NCBI GenBank assembly: GCA_044869275.1
Contig: JBIOXB010000106.1
Span: forward strand, 1 to 16,668
DNA from: a bacterium
Lineage (GTDB): Bacteria; Zhuqueibacterota; Zhuqueibacteria; Zhuqueibacterales; Zhuqueibacteraceae
Length of the DNA stretch: 16,668 nucleotides
Direction: 5' to 3'
Below are positions 7,793 to 16,668 of this stretch, in pieces. The first letter of the stretch is position 1; each line of letters opens with the position of its first letter. The notes beneath the pieces are model-generated. The model was not told where the DNA came from, ran no database searches, and was given only the letters and a program-made list of their open reading frames with translations. The position numbers and the translations under genes were made by a program.

Positions 7793-7954
7793 TAATTCAT
7801 AACCGCAGAGTCGCCGAGCACGCAGAGGTTGATAAAAATTAGATTATGCTCACCTGCTTAAGGACCACAAAAAGTGCCACTTCCTACCAAAGCCATTGGA
7901 TAGCTTGATGTTCTCTGCGAACTCCGCGTCTCGGCGGTTTGATTTTATGAATTA
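7793..7954. repeat. REP/MITE-like element with CGCAGAG-type units
   Basis: AACCGCAGAGTCGCCGAGCACGCAGAG ... CTCTGCGAACTCCGCGTCTCGGCGGTT imperfect IR, enclosed by TAATTCATAA (7793-7802) / TTATGAATTA (7945-7954). Confidence 0.65.
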
Positions 7955-8070
7955 GTCAGGCTAACAGCTCATGCACCCGAATAGGGTCAAAATTTCCATC
8001 ATGATTGGGTGCCCATCTGGACATGGCAATTCCTGTGTTCGTAGCAATGCCACGCCTGAACAGTTACCGG

Positions 8071-9855
8071 TCAAATAAGCTTAATGCCCAATTCCTTGAG
8101 TTGACGCTCGTCCACCCGGGAGGGCGCGCCATCCATCAACGACACCGCCGTGTTGGTTTTGGGAAAAGCAATCACATCGCGAATGGATTTGCGGCCGGCC
8201 AGCAACATGGCCAAACGGTCGAAGCCGAAGGCGATGCCGCCGTGGGGCGGCGCGCCGTATTCGAACGCTTCCATCAAAAAGCCGAATTTTCTCTCCGCTT
8301 CTTCTTTGTCGATATTCAATAAATCGAACATTTGGCTTTGAATGTCACGGCGATGGATGCGAATGCTGCCGCCGGCGATTTCGGTGCCGTTGAGAATCAA
8401 ATCATAGGCCTTGGCCCGCACTTTTCCGGGCGCGGTCGACATCAAATGCAAATCTTCTTCCATGGGCGAAGTGAAAGGATGATGCCGCGCGGCCCAGCGT
8501 TTTTCTTCCTTGTCGAATTCCAGCAGCGGAAAATCCACCACCCAATGCAGATGATGCACGTTTGCCGGAATCAAATTCTCCTGTTGCGCCAGCTTGAGCC
8601 GCAGCGCACCGAGAATTTCCTGGGCTTTTTCCTCTTCATCCGCAACGAACATCAACAAATCATCGCCCTGCGCTTGCATGCGCTCGTTCACGCGCCGCGC
8701 CATTTCTTCCGGGAAGAATTTGGCAATGCTGCCCTGCCAGCCTTTGGCGGTATTCTTCACCGTGGCCAAGCCGCTCGCGCCAAGCTGCGAGGCAAATTGC
8801 GCCAGCTCGTCGAGCTGCTTGCGGGAATAATTCGCGCCGCCGGGCAAGCATAGGCCCTGCACGGATTTCCCACCCTTCGTGGCCTCGACGAACACGCGAA
8901 ATTCGCTGGCGCCGGCGAGAGCGGTGATATCGCGAATCTCCAGGCCGAAGCGCAAATCCGGTTTGTCGCTGCCGAAGCGCGCCATGGCCTCTTGAAACGT
9001 CATGCGCGGCAAAGGCAGGGTGAGCTCCTTGCCCAAGATCTCCTTGAATATTGCAGCGACCAAACCTTCCATCATGCTGAGCACGTCTTCACGATCGACG
9101 AACGACATCTCCACGTCGATTTGCGTGAACTCCGGCTGGCGGTCGGCGCGCAAATCCTCGTCACGGAAACAGCGCACGATTTGAAAATAGCGGTCCATGC
9201 CCGCGACCATGAGCAACTGCTTGTAGGTCTGCGGGCTTTGCGGCAGTGCATAAAAATGGCCGTGATGCACGCGGCTGGGCACGAGATAATCGCGCGCGCC
9301 TTCAGGCGTGCTCTTCATCAAGATCGGCGTTTCGATCTCGACAAAATCATTGCGCTCGAAATAGCGGCGCGTCACTTGCGCGAGCCGGTGGCGAATGATC
9401 AAATTGCGTTGCATGTCGCTGCGGCGCAAATCGAGATAGCGATATTTCAAGCGCAAATCTTCCGAGGCGGATTCGGCGCGGTCGGTAATTTCGAACGGCG
9501 GCGTCTTCGCGGGATTGAGCACGCGCAACTCCTGTGCTTCCACCTCGATCTCGCCCGTGGCCAGATTCGGATTGATCATGCCCTCGGGCCGGGCCAACAC
9601 TTTACCGCGCACCGCGATCACAAATTCGCTGCGCAAGCTCTGGGCGGTCGCCTGCATGTCCGCATATTCCGGACGGAAGACAATCTGGGTCTTGCCATAA
9701 CGATCGCGCAAATCGACGAACAAAATACCGCCATGATCGCGCCAGGTATCAACCCAGCCCATGAGCATAATCTCTTTGCCCACCTCCGCCCGGCTCAAAG
9801 CCCCGCAGGTATGGGTTCTTTTCCAAGTTTTCGCTTCTGATTCACGAGAAAGCAT
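8071..9855 (-). CDS. aspS: Aspartate--tRNA ligase (bacterial type, with GAD insertion)
   Basis: RTHTCG, RLKYRYLDLR, STPEGARDYLVPSR, LPQSPQ, CFRDEDLRADRQPEFTQ, HHPFT, GGSIRIH, PPHGGIAFGFDR. AAGGAGG upstream. Confidence 0.97.
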   Translation of the reverse strand: MLSRESEAKTWKRTHTCGALSRAEVGKEIMLMGWVDTWRDHGGILFVDLRDRYGKTQIVFRPEYADMQATAQSLRSEFVIAVRGKVLARPEGMINPNLATGEIEVEAQELRVLNPAKTPPFEITDRAESASEDLRLKYRYLDLRRSDMQRNLIIRHRLAQVTRRYFERNDFVEIETPILMKSTPEGARDYLVPSRVHHGHFYALPQSPQTYKQLLMVAGMDRYFQIVRCFRDEDLRADRQPEFTQIDVEMSFVDREDVLSMMEGLVAAIFKEILGKELTLPLPRMTFQEAMARFGSDKPDLRFGLEIRDITALAGASEFRVFVEATKGGKSVQGLCLPGGANYSRKQLDELAQFASQLGASGLATVKNTAKGWQGSIAKFFPEEMARRVNERMQAQGDDLLMFVADEEEKAQEILGALRLKLAQQENLIPANVHHLHWVVDFPLLEFDKEEKRWAARHHPFTSPMEEDLHLMSTAPGKVRAKAYDLILNGTEIAGGSIRIHRRDIQSQMFDLLNIDKEEAERKFGFLMEAFEYGAPPHGGIAFGFDRLAMLLAGRKSIRDVIAFPKTNTAVSLMDGAPSRVDERQLKELGIKLI

Positions 9856-10148
9856 TGCGTGTACAGTCCTCCTTGACTCAAAAATATTATGTTCACCTAA
9901 GATTCAACGAAAGAAAGATCGCCATTTTGAAGCCCAACCACTCATTGAAAGCAAGTCTAAATATACAAATTTTTATCCTAAAAGAAAATGCGGTGATTTT
10001 CTTTTTCCAATTTTGGCAATCACTCTCCCCCTGTCTCTCTAAATAATGAAGCTGGTAGCAATCGCTGTGCCCCTTAGACGCCACGTTTGTATCAAGCCTT
10101 CAAAGTTGTGATGCAAAAACTTTGAACAATTGTGGCAGTCGGTGCTGG

Positions 10149-10473
10149 AACAATCGCACAGTGGATCGTGTAGTCGCACATCTGGAAATATTTGTTAACT
10201 GGGTGCCCAAAAATCAGTCATATCCACTCGGGAATCGCATGGCCAAGGTAAAAGCGATTCCGACAGCAGGCCAGCTCGAGATCAAGCGCGCGCTCACTCC
10301 CACAGAACGCAGTCAGCTGCTTGATGCTGCTGACTTGTTGCTTAAGACCAGGCGGCCGCTCGAGTAATCGCCGGCATTTCGGGTCAACAGAAAAGCGGCC
10401 GGTGCGAAAAAGGTATCGCGCGTATGGCAACCGCACGATCGTGTACACGGTCATTGAGACCGGCAAGCGTCGT
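10149..10473 (+). pseudogene. Frameshifted, truncated tyrosine recombinase/integrase remnant
   Basis: Two overlapping frames join into NRTVDRVVAHLEIFVNW...GNRMAKVK...RALTPTERSQLLDAA... / ...YGNRTIVYTVIETGKRR. This follows the core-binding helix, NP, LT-x-x-E, and R-x-x-AI-x-x-x-x-x-TG-x-R (box I) layout. Frameshift near 10350; no HxxR or catalytic Tyr region follows. Confidence 0.65.
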
Positions 10474-11013
10474 TGTGGGTGTTCAAGTTTGATCATTTCG
10501 CTGACATCCATCATTGCTGCGATTCACGCATCTGCAGCGGTTCATCCGGGTTGGTTGGAATCGATTTAGTGTACTGGTACGTTAGGCGGCTTGCAACCTA
10601 TAGAATTGTGAGTGCCCTGCCCGAGTGTGATCGCCCAACAGCCAAAACGAGCCGGTAACAGAATTGTTTTGCATGATTGATTCTACAAAAAATATTATTT
10701 GCGAACCCGGCGTTCATGTGCAATCTTCGAAGTTTCATGAAGAGAGTGAGGAAACAGCAATAGTTCACAGTCGAAAAGCCAGGCTGTGCGTCCAGAACTG
10801 AAGGTCAATGCCTTCCGGTGTTGCTATTGAGTTCTTGGAGGAAGGGGTGCTGATCCCACTAGCAAGCGGCGACGGGATTACAAGTGAAAGAAGGAAATAT
10901 TGCTCTTGAGAAACAAGCGGGAAATCTGTAAGCGGAGAACGCACTTCTGAAAGTCTCTTCGCCAACCGATTGAAAAGCAACCAACGGATTCATAGTCAAA
11001 ACCGTTGTTCCTA

Positions 11014-14000
11014 TCAAATCTGCTTGAACTGACAATCAACGTATGTCCCCAGTTCCCGATGTATCATAAACACCTCACCTCTCATTCTAATTAATTCTCT
11101 AACCTGCTCATCGACCGTTCCTCCAAACGAAAAGGAGCTTACGGTGCGCACTCCCCAGCAGCCCATGCCCTCATCCGGTCGAATGATGCAGGCGCTCCCG
11201 TTTCGCCACTCGATTCGCAGCTCGCGACTATGTTGAATTTGATCTTTGTTTCGGTATTCGAATTTGGCATCTGCTCGAGAGGTCTTTTTCAAAATTTGTT
11301 TGACGACGTCCTGGCGGGTTGTATCGTGAACCCAATCATGCCAGGGAGCAACAGGCCGGCGCTGATTTTCTATGTTTGATTTTGGCATCGAGATGACACG
11401 GATCGCCGTTTCCTCTTCAATACTGTCTTCGAGCGCCGCAAGGATCAATTGGAGTAACTTGGCGTGCAAGGGGGTGCGGAGATACCTATCAGAATACGTG
11501 ATTGAACGAATGCGTGCACCTGACTCCATGCACGCCTTGAATTGTATGAGTCGTTCACTGATAATAGACCAAAATCGTGAGCCGAAAGCCACAAGATCTC
11601 CATCGAGCTCCGAAGTGAGCTGCAATTGAAGAACATTCGGTGTAACGTAGTGCAGGGTTGTAGCATCCAATGCTTGCCCTTCCAATTGAAAAGGCGTTTG
11701 AGCGTCGCTTCGGATGATCGGCTGTTCGCCACAAAATGCCCATTCCAGGCCAGGTTCCCGTCGGGCATTGGCCGCAGCCCAATACCGCATCTTCTCCTGA
11801 TTGCCGATACCAGCGAGAAGCATACCGTCATGCTCAAGTTGCACCTGCCGGGTAATCGCTTGAACCGTTAGCTTTCCATTTCCCAGATTAATCAGGCCGG
11901 CCAGGAGATTGCCGCAAGTCTTTGAAATTTCGTCGATTTTCTCTTGCGGCAAATAGAGCTCAAGATGTTTTCCTTCACGTGCCCAACCTAACAAATCGTC
12001 CAGTAGAGGCCACTCTGAGAAATGCCATTCCTCGACCTCCCCGCCGAGAAATATCTGTACAATATCGTTCTCCGGCCGATATCCTGCTCTCAAAATTGCC
12101 TGACGTATTTCGATGGTCTCTGCCCTGCTGGCTTCTCCAAACAGTTTTAGCGGTTCAGGCAGCTCATAGTGTTTCAGCCAGGATTCGAGAAACTCCATGG
12201 CATAGCGCCTGTCCAAATGATCTGCATAGTGCTGGCTGTCGATAGTGAGCAGACATTGGTGGCAAGCCGCGTCGCAAGCGTCGCAGTCCAGCGCCCTGAG
12301 TGTGTCTTTCAGAAGATCATTGAGATGCTCTCGCAGCTCGTCGACATAGCCTGCACCCTGGCTTACGTTGTCGTACAAAAAAATCGATCGCACCTCCTGT
12401 CCCGCCCCGGTGGTGGAGGGTTGCACGCTGACACCAACTTCGGTTTCGCGGATACCCAGAAACCGCGCGAGCGAGCGGCGCAGACCGAATCCGATCGTAT
12501 AGGCAAGTTTATCTTCTTTGACTGCTCGTCCGGTAACGGGGTGCATGAGCTGCAATTCGAATACGTCCGAATGAATTTCCGAGGCCAGCCACAGATCGCG
12601 TTTAATGGCATATTCTTGCGTGCTGCCTTCACAAATACGTCCGCCAGCTTCCTTGCCACCACGCAGGCGGTAATGCTCTTCCTGAAAGACGGGGGGAAGC
12701 TCGCGAGGCTCTGCCTGTTCCGCTGCTCTGCCGCATCGCAGACATACCGCGTAGCCGGCGCCGTGTGCACCCGGATTCCAGTACAAAATCGAGCCGTTGT
12801 CACTATAACGATAGCGGCCGAGCATGGGATTGGGCAAACTAGTCCAATCGGCCGTGTTGACCGTGATGCGCGGTGGTTTTGCAGGCAAATATTTCGGCGC
12901 ACTCACATCGTTGTGAGGTTGATAGCAGATATCAACGGCAAAGCCACCTGGTTCTAGATACTGAAACACTCTGATTTCGTGGGCTGCACATACCGCGCAG
13001 CTTTGTGGCCTACTCTGGCCGGTGGCGCCAGCCCCACATTTGTTGCAGAACCAGGCAAAACGCAGGGCCTGTATTTCCGATACATTATCGATTCCCGGCG
13101 GCATGTGCCAGTTCAGTGTGACGCCGGCGGATTCATAGACTCTGCCATCCAACACAATCTCTGCGCCGGGTGCAAACTCACGAATTGCCGTACCCAATTC
13201 CCGGGAAGGAAAGCCCTGCTTGAAGGCAAAGAGCTCCTCTCGATGCTTTTCTTCCTTGTCTTGCTGCTTCGCGCGTTTGAGCATGTCAATGGTCAAATTC
13301 ACAAAACTCACGACGTCGGTTGGGAAACCATATCCAGGCAAGAAGCCACGCCCAGCCAACTCCGTCAAGAGATACTCTTCACGAAGACGGCGCAATTGCC
13401 TCTGGTTACCTATACCGGCAGGTGTCTCTTCCCAATTGGGGTTCTGCTGTTTGATCAAATCCTGCTCGGCTAACAAAGCTTTCAGCTCATCGCGCCATCT
13501 GTCCGCAATAAGTCGTATGTGGCTTGCCGTTTCACGCGCCAGGGTATTAAAGGATTGACTCGCAAGGATCGAGCCACGCACGAGTTTATTGACTCCGCTC
13601 AGGGCGTTGTTATGCAGGTGCGAATCACTTGATTCGCACCAGGCGCTAAAACTATAAGCAGGATCATCTCCATCATTTAACCTTTCAAAAAACCATTCAC
13701 AGGTAAGATGAGCTATGTCGTCTACCTGAGTGTGCAAGTATTCAGCGAGCAGCAGGGCATTAACGTGCCTTTGCACCAGCTTCTTGCTGTCGAGGCGCGC
13801 ACGTGGCACCGGAATCGGCGTTTCAAACGGCCACGTCGGATCTTTGAAAATAGACGATCCGCGCTCGTTTTGCTGGCATAAGGTCACGCTCACGGAAGTC
13901 GACTCATCACGGCGGCCGGCGCGGCCGGCACGCTGCAGATAATTGGCGGGACTTGGCGGCACGTTGTTCATGGCGATGGCCGAGAGGCCACCTATGTCGA

Positions 14001-16668
14001 TGCCCATTTCCATCGTCGTTGAAGAACTCAGGATGTTCACACGCGCTTCACGAAAGTCATCTTCAAGTGTTTTCAACCGAGGCGTCGACTGCTGTGCGGA
14101 ATGTTCGGCAATGGCAAACCAGTTCTCTTTCGCGGCGACACGGTCGCTGCGGTTTGGCCAAACATTTGCACGTCGGACTTTTGTGACCGAAGGATCCATG
14201 TCCAACCATGCTTGAATATCTGCTTTCGATTTGTTTGCCCCCATTGTGTCGCGCCAAAATGGTAAAGGCAGCCTGGGCATTGCGATTTCAGCGCAACGTT
14301 CCGCGTTGTGAGTAGAAATAGTCAAATAGGGAGATAGTCCCCTAAAAGTCGTATCCAACAGCCTTCTGGTGTACGGGCAAATCCATGCCTTTTCTGGTGA
14401 GATCAGCTCAGCCTCTTGTGGCAAAGGTAACTGATAACCAGCGTCAAAGCTCTCAAACAAGTCGCGCAAAGCACTCCACGCTTCGCGCAAGATCATATTC
14501 ATAACATCTCGATCGTGACGAATGAAGGCATTCAAGTTCAGCCCCAAAGCCAGCAGTCTCACAAAACGGCTTTGCAGTCCTTCGGCTTTGCAGTAAGGCC
14601 AAAGCACGGTTTTCTTGGTTGGGGTGCCAGAATAGTCAGGGCCTTGAATGTACTTTGGATAGACTTTTGCCCCCATCCAGCGGACAAACTCATCTCGGAT
14701 CGTTACAATAGTATTTCCGCGAATGTGATAATCTAGGATAAGCTTGAGCAAATCTTTCCAATCATCAAGGTTGGCACCGTTTTGCTTCCAGATTTCGGGG
14801 CAATTGTTCAATCTCTCTACCTTCGGATAGCGAAGCGCAATCAAGCCGAGGGTTTCAGACGAATTGGCGCGCTTGGGTCTGTACCTAAATTCGCGGTACA
14901 GACAAAAATCGGCGAAGCTCTCGAGACTCAGTGTCTTGCCGATCAAACGACCCCATTCGGCTGCCATCCATTCGTGCACTTCTGTGCTTCTGAGCAGTTT
15001 GTCTCGTGCCTCCGCCCAAGTTAGCCGCTTGAGTTTCGGTTGGCGCAATGCTGCTGCTTGATCCCGAAGGCTACGCAAAGTGCCCATGAGATTCGGGCGT
15101 TGTTGCACCACTTCTTCAAGTGTCGCAATCTGCTCTTGAATCTCGCAAACTGTTGCTGATTGATTCTCGCCGTTGGTGGCCGCCGCAAGATGGTGGTACA
15201 ACAGACTACGAACGTAATTGCGATCAGCGTCCTGCTGCAATCGTGCTGCAATACGAGCGCTTCCTTGGCGAGAGTCAGTAAAGCTCAATAATCGCCGGCC
15301 ATCAAATGGGCCCTTGCGCTTTTCATCTTCCGGTGGCGGCGTGAATTCCAGCAAGGTTGGCAGAATGTCGCCGAGAAAGAATGGTGTGCCTAAACGCGCG
15401 AAACGAAATATTTTTCCTTGCTTATGCTCGACAGTATCACATTTGTGGCAGCGAAGCTTGTGAGAATCTGGCTCAGGTGGAATCAAATTGACCCGGATGC
15501 CAGCCCCTCCTGCGAGAATTTCCCGTGTTTTTGGATCGAGCATGTCGATTCGATCGGTTGGCATCGACGCGATCAAACGCGGCTGCCTTGCGGAATGAGA
15601 GAGGGTTTCTTCTTCGAGTGCTTCATCCTCTTCCTGGTCGTCGAGATCCAATTGGAACTCGTCGATGTCAAAATCGAGTTTGCGGGGCAGGAGATAATAG
15701 CGACCATCTTCGGCAAGAGCTTCTTCCGCGGCAAGATATTCTGTGCCACATTGTGTGCAGTTGGTCAACTCGTAAACCGGCGCCTGACAACTATCGCAGT
15801 ACTCGCGGCGATTGGTGAAGACCTTTCCAAATTTCCAATCTGCTTTATCAAGTGCGTTTCCTACCCTGCCGGCACACATTGGGTTACAGCACGCCCAAAT
15901 GCCGGATAGCGTTTTCTCAAACAAGTGAAGACGTAAAGGCAAAAGGGCCTCAGCGTTATTGTTTTGAGCGCGAGTGCAATGCTCGAGTATGGTAAGAGTC
16001 TGCTCATTCGTCACGCCGCCCCAATCCTGCTGCAACATCGCCGTCAAATCGCTTAGTTTTCGTGGTTTCGATGCCAAGCTTGCTCGCAAACGGCGAGTTG
16101 CGGCATTACTAGCGAGCTTCGCAAGCAGAATGGCCTCGTCCATTTGCGCTAATTGCGGCAGCTCATTGAGCAGGTTTTGGCTTACCAGTGGCTCTTCGCT
16201 CAGTTTGGGAATCTCCCGATCGCCATGGAAGACAGCAATGCGGCTCTCGCTGACACCGGCGACTCCTGACAGAAATCTCTGCAATCTCGCGCTGCTTTCT
16301 TGCGAAGCGTCGCCAAACGTGGCAGAAGTTGCAACGAAGCGCACTTCGTTCGGATCAACGTTGAAGGCGTGCATCACACGTCGTAATAACAGCGTCAATT
16401 CCGCCGCTTGGGAACCGATATACGTGTGCGCCTCATCCAAGACAATCCAACGTAATTTTTCTCGAGATTTCTGAATGATTTTTTCATCTTTTTTTCGCAC
16501 CAGCATGTATTCGAGCATCGTAGCATTGGTCACCAAGAGTGGCGGCGGCTCCTCTCGCAGCAACGTGCGTGAAAGAATTTGCTCTGGCGATTCTTCCTGC
16601 TTTGCTTTCTGTATGTAGTCCGGAGTCTCTCCGTTATAGAGGCAGAAGCGAATGTTGCCCTTGAATCC
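11014..16668 (-). CDS. druE: Giant SF2 DEAH-box helicase with DUF1998 (MrfA-type Zn) domain, Druantia DruE-like; 5' end outside the window
   Basis: Frame stays open to the window edge (GFKGNIRFCLYNGETP...), giving 1884 aa visible. Motifs: LVTNATMLEYML, VLDEAHTY, ATSAT, FTDSRQ, SSTTMEMGIDIG, YLQRAGRAGRR, LPGYGFP, several CxxC pairs, and LYDNVSQGAGY...CDACDAACHQCLL. Walker A is not visible and presumably lies upstream. Confidence 0.8.
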   Translation of the reverse strand, partial: GFKGNIRFCLYNGETPDYIQKAKQEESPEQILSRTLLREEPPPLLVTNATMLEYMLVRKKDEKIIQKSREKLRWIVLDEAHTYIGSQAAELTLLLRRVMHAFNVDPNEVRFVATSATFGDASQESSARLQRFLSGVAGVSESRIAVFHGDREIPKLSEEPLVSQNLLNELPQLAQMDEAILLAKLASNAATRRLRASLASKPRKLSDLTAMLQQDWGGVTNEQTLTILEHCTRAQNNNAEALLPLRLHLFEKTLSGIWACCNPMCAGRVGNALDKADWKFGKVFTNRREYCDSCQAPVYELTNCTQCGTEYLAAEEALAEDGRYYLLPRKLDFDIDEFQLDLDDQEEDEALEEETLSHSARQPRLIASMPTDRIDMLDPKTREILAGGAGIRVNLIPPEPDSHKLRCHKCDTVEHKQGKIFRFARLGTPFFLGDILPTLLEFTPPPEDEKRKGPFDGRRLLSFTDSRQGSARIAARLQQDADRNYVRSLLYHHLAAATNGENQSATVCEIQEQIATLEEVVQQRPNLMGTLRSLRDQAAALRQPKLKRLTWAEARDKLLRSTEVHEWMAAEWGRLIGKTLSLESFADFCLYREFRYRPKRANSSETLGLIALRYPKVERLNNCPEIWKQNGANLDDWKDLLKLILDYHIRGNTIVTIRDEFVRWMGAKVYPKYIQGPDYSGTPTKKTVLWPYCKAEGLQSRFVRLLALGLNLNAFIRHDRDVMNMILREAWSALRDLFESFDAGYQLPLPQEAELISPEKAWICPYTRRLLDTTFRGLSPYLTISTHNAERCAEIAMPRLPLPFWRDTMGANKSKADIQAWLDMDPSVTKVRRANVWPNRSDRVAAKENWFAIAEHSAQQSTPRLKTLEDDFREARVNILSSSTTMEMGIDIGGLSAIAMNNVPPSPANYLQRAGRAGRRDESTSVSVTLCQQNERGSSIFKDPTWPFETPIPVPRARLDSKKLVQRHVNALLLAEYLHTQVDDIAHLTCEWFFERLNDGDDPAYSFSAWCESSDSHLHNNALSGVNKLVRGSILASQSFNTLARETASHIRLIADRWRDELKALLAEQDLIKQQNPNWEETPAGIGNQRQLRRLREEYLLTELAGRGFLPGYGFPTDVVSFVNLTIDMLKRAKQQDKEEKHREELFAFKQGFPSRELGTAIREFAPGAEIVLDGRVYESAGVTLNWHMPPGIDNVSEIQALRFAWFCNKCGAGATGQSRPQSCAVCAAHEIRVFQYLEPGGFAVDICYQPHNDVSAPKYLPAKPPRITVNTADWTSLPNPMLGRYRYSDNGSILYWNPGAHGAGYAVCLRCGRAAEQAEPRELPPVFQEEHYRLRGGKEAGGRICEGSTQEYAIKRDLWLASEIHSDVFELQLMHPVTGRAVKEDKLAYTIGFGLRRSLARFLGIRETEVGVSVQPSTTGAGQEVRSIFLYDNVSQGAGYVDELREHLNDLLKDTLRALDCDACDAACHQCLLTIDSQHYADHLDRRYAMEFLESWLKHYELPEPLKLFGEASRAETIEIRQAILRAGYRPENDIVQIFLGGEVEEWHFSEWPLLDDLLGWAREGKHLELYLPQEKIDEISKTCGNLLAGLINLGNGKLTVQAITRQVQLEHDGMLLAGIGNQEKMRYWAAANARREPGLEWAFCGEQPIIRSDAQTPFQLEGQALDATTLHYVTPNVLQLQLTSELDGDLVAFGSRFWSIISERLIQFKACMESGARIRSITYSDRYLRTPLHAKLLQLILAALEDSIEEETAIRVISMPKSNIENQRRPVAPWHDWVHDTTRQDVVKQILKKTSRADAKFEYRNKDQIQHSRELRIEWRNGSACIIRPDEGMGCWGVRTVSSFSFGGTVDEQVRELIRMRGEVFMIHRELGTYVDCQFKQI

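Noticed and set aside
7143..7954. CRISPR-like array from the repeated short units
   Set aside because: Units are 9-10 nt, arranged as inverted arms without spacers, and no cas genes are present.
9870..9898. dif/XerD-like TTATGTTCAC
   Set aside because: Partial match only, no XerC arm, and it overlaps the aspS leader.
10218..10514. 98-aa minus-strand ORF
   Set aside because: Antisense shadow of the integrase remnant.
10575..10640. attC-like GTTAGGC and GCCCAAC
   Set aside because: Wrong order for an attC site, no L boxes, and no cassette ORF.
10765..10980. 71-aa minus-strand ORF and neighbouring short ORFs downstream of the helicase
   Set aside because: No convincing RBS or recognisable motif; probably decayed island DNA.
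12169..12957. 262-aa plus-strand ORF and other long antisense ORFs (e.g. 4354-5268, 8992-9840, 1549-2226)
   Set aside because: Shadows of well-supported genes on the opposite strand, with no motifs.
16561..16563. TTG 16563 as the helicase start
   Set aside because: The frame is open to the window edge and Walker A is missing, so the gene is truncated by the window.

Overview
Bacterial DNA in two parts. Bases 1-~9900 are GC-rich housekeeping sequence: a thiolase + 3-hydroxybutyryl-CoA dehydrogenase pair (-), a small hypothetical gene, a dienelactone-hydrolase-family gene, a three-subunit NAD(P)+ transhydrogenase operon, a tandem tRNA-Lys(TTT)/tRNA-Lys(CTT) unit (-) and aspS (-). The spacers hold at least four unrelated families of REP/MITE-like inverted repeats, including a nested element with terminal inverted repeats and an apparent target-site duplication inside the pnt operon. 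Bases ~10000-16668 look like the edge of an accessory island (lower GC by eye). They carry a frameshifted tyrosine-recombinase remnant and the 3' ~1884 codons of a giant SF2 helicase/DUF1998 gene resembling Druantia (type III-like) DruE, which runs off the right edge. Family calls come from motif recognition by eye; no searches were run.
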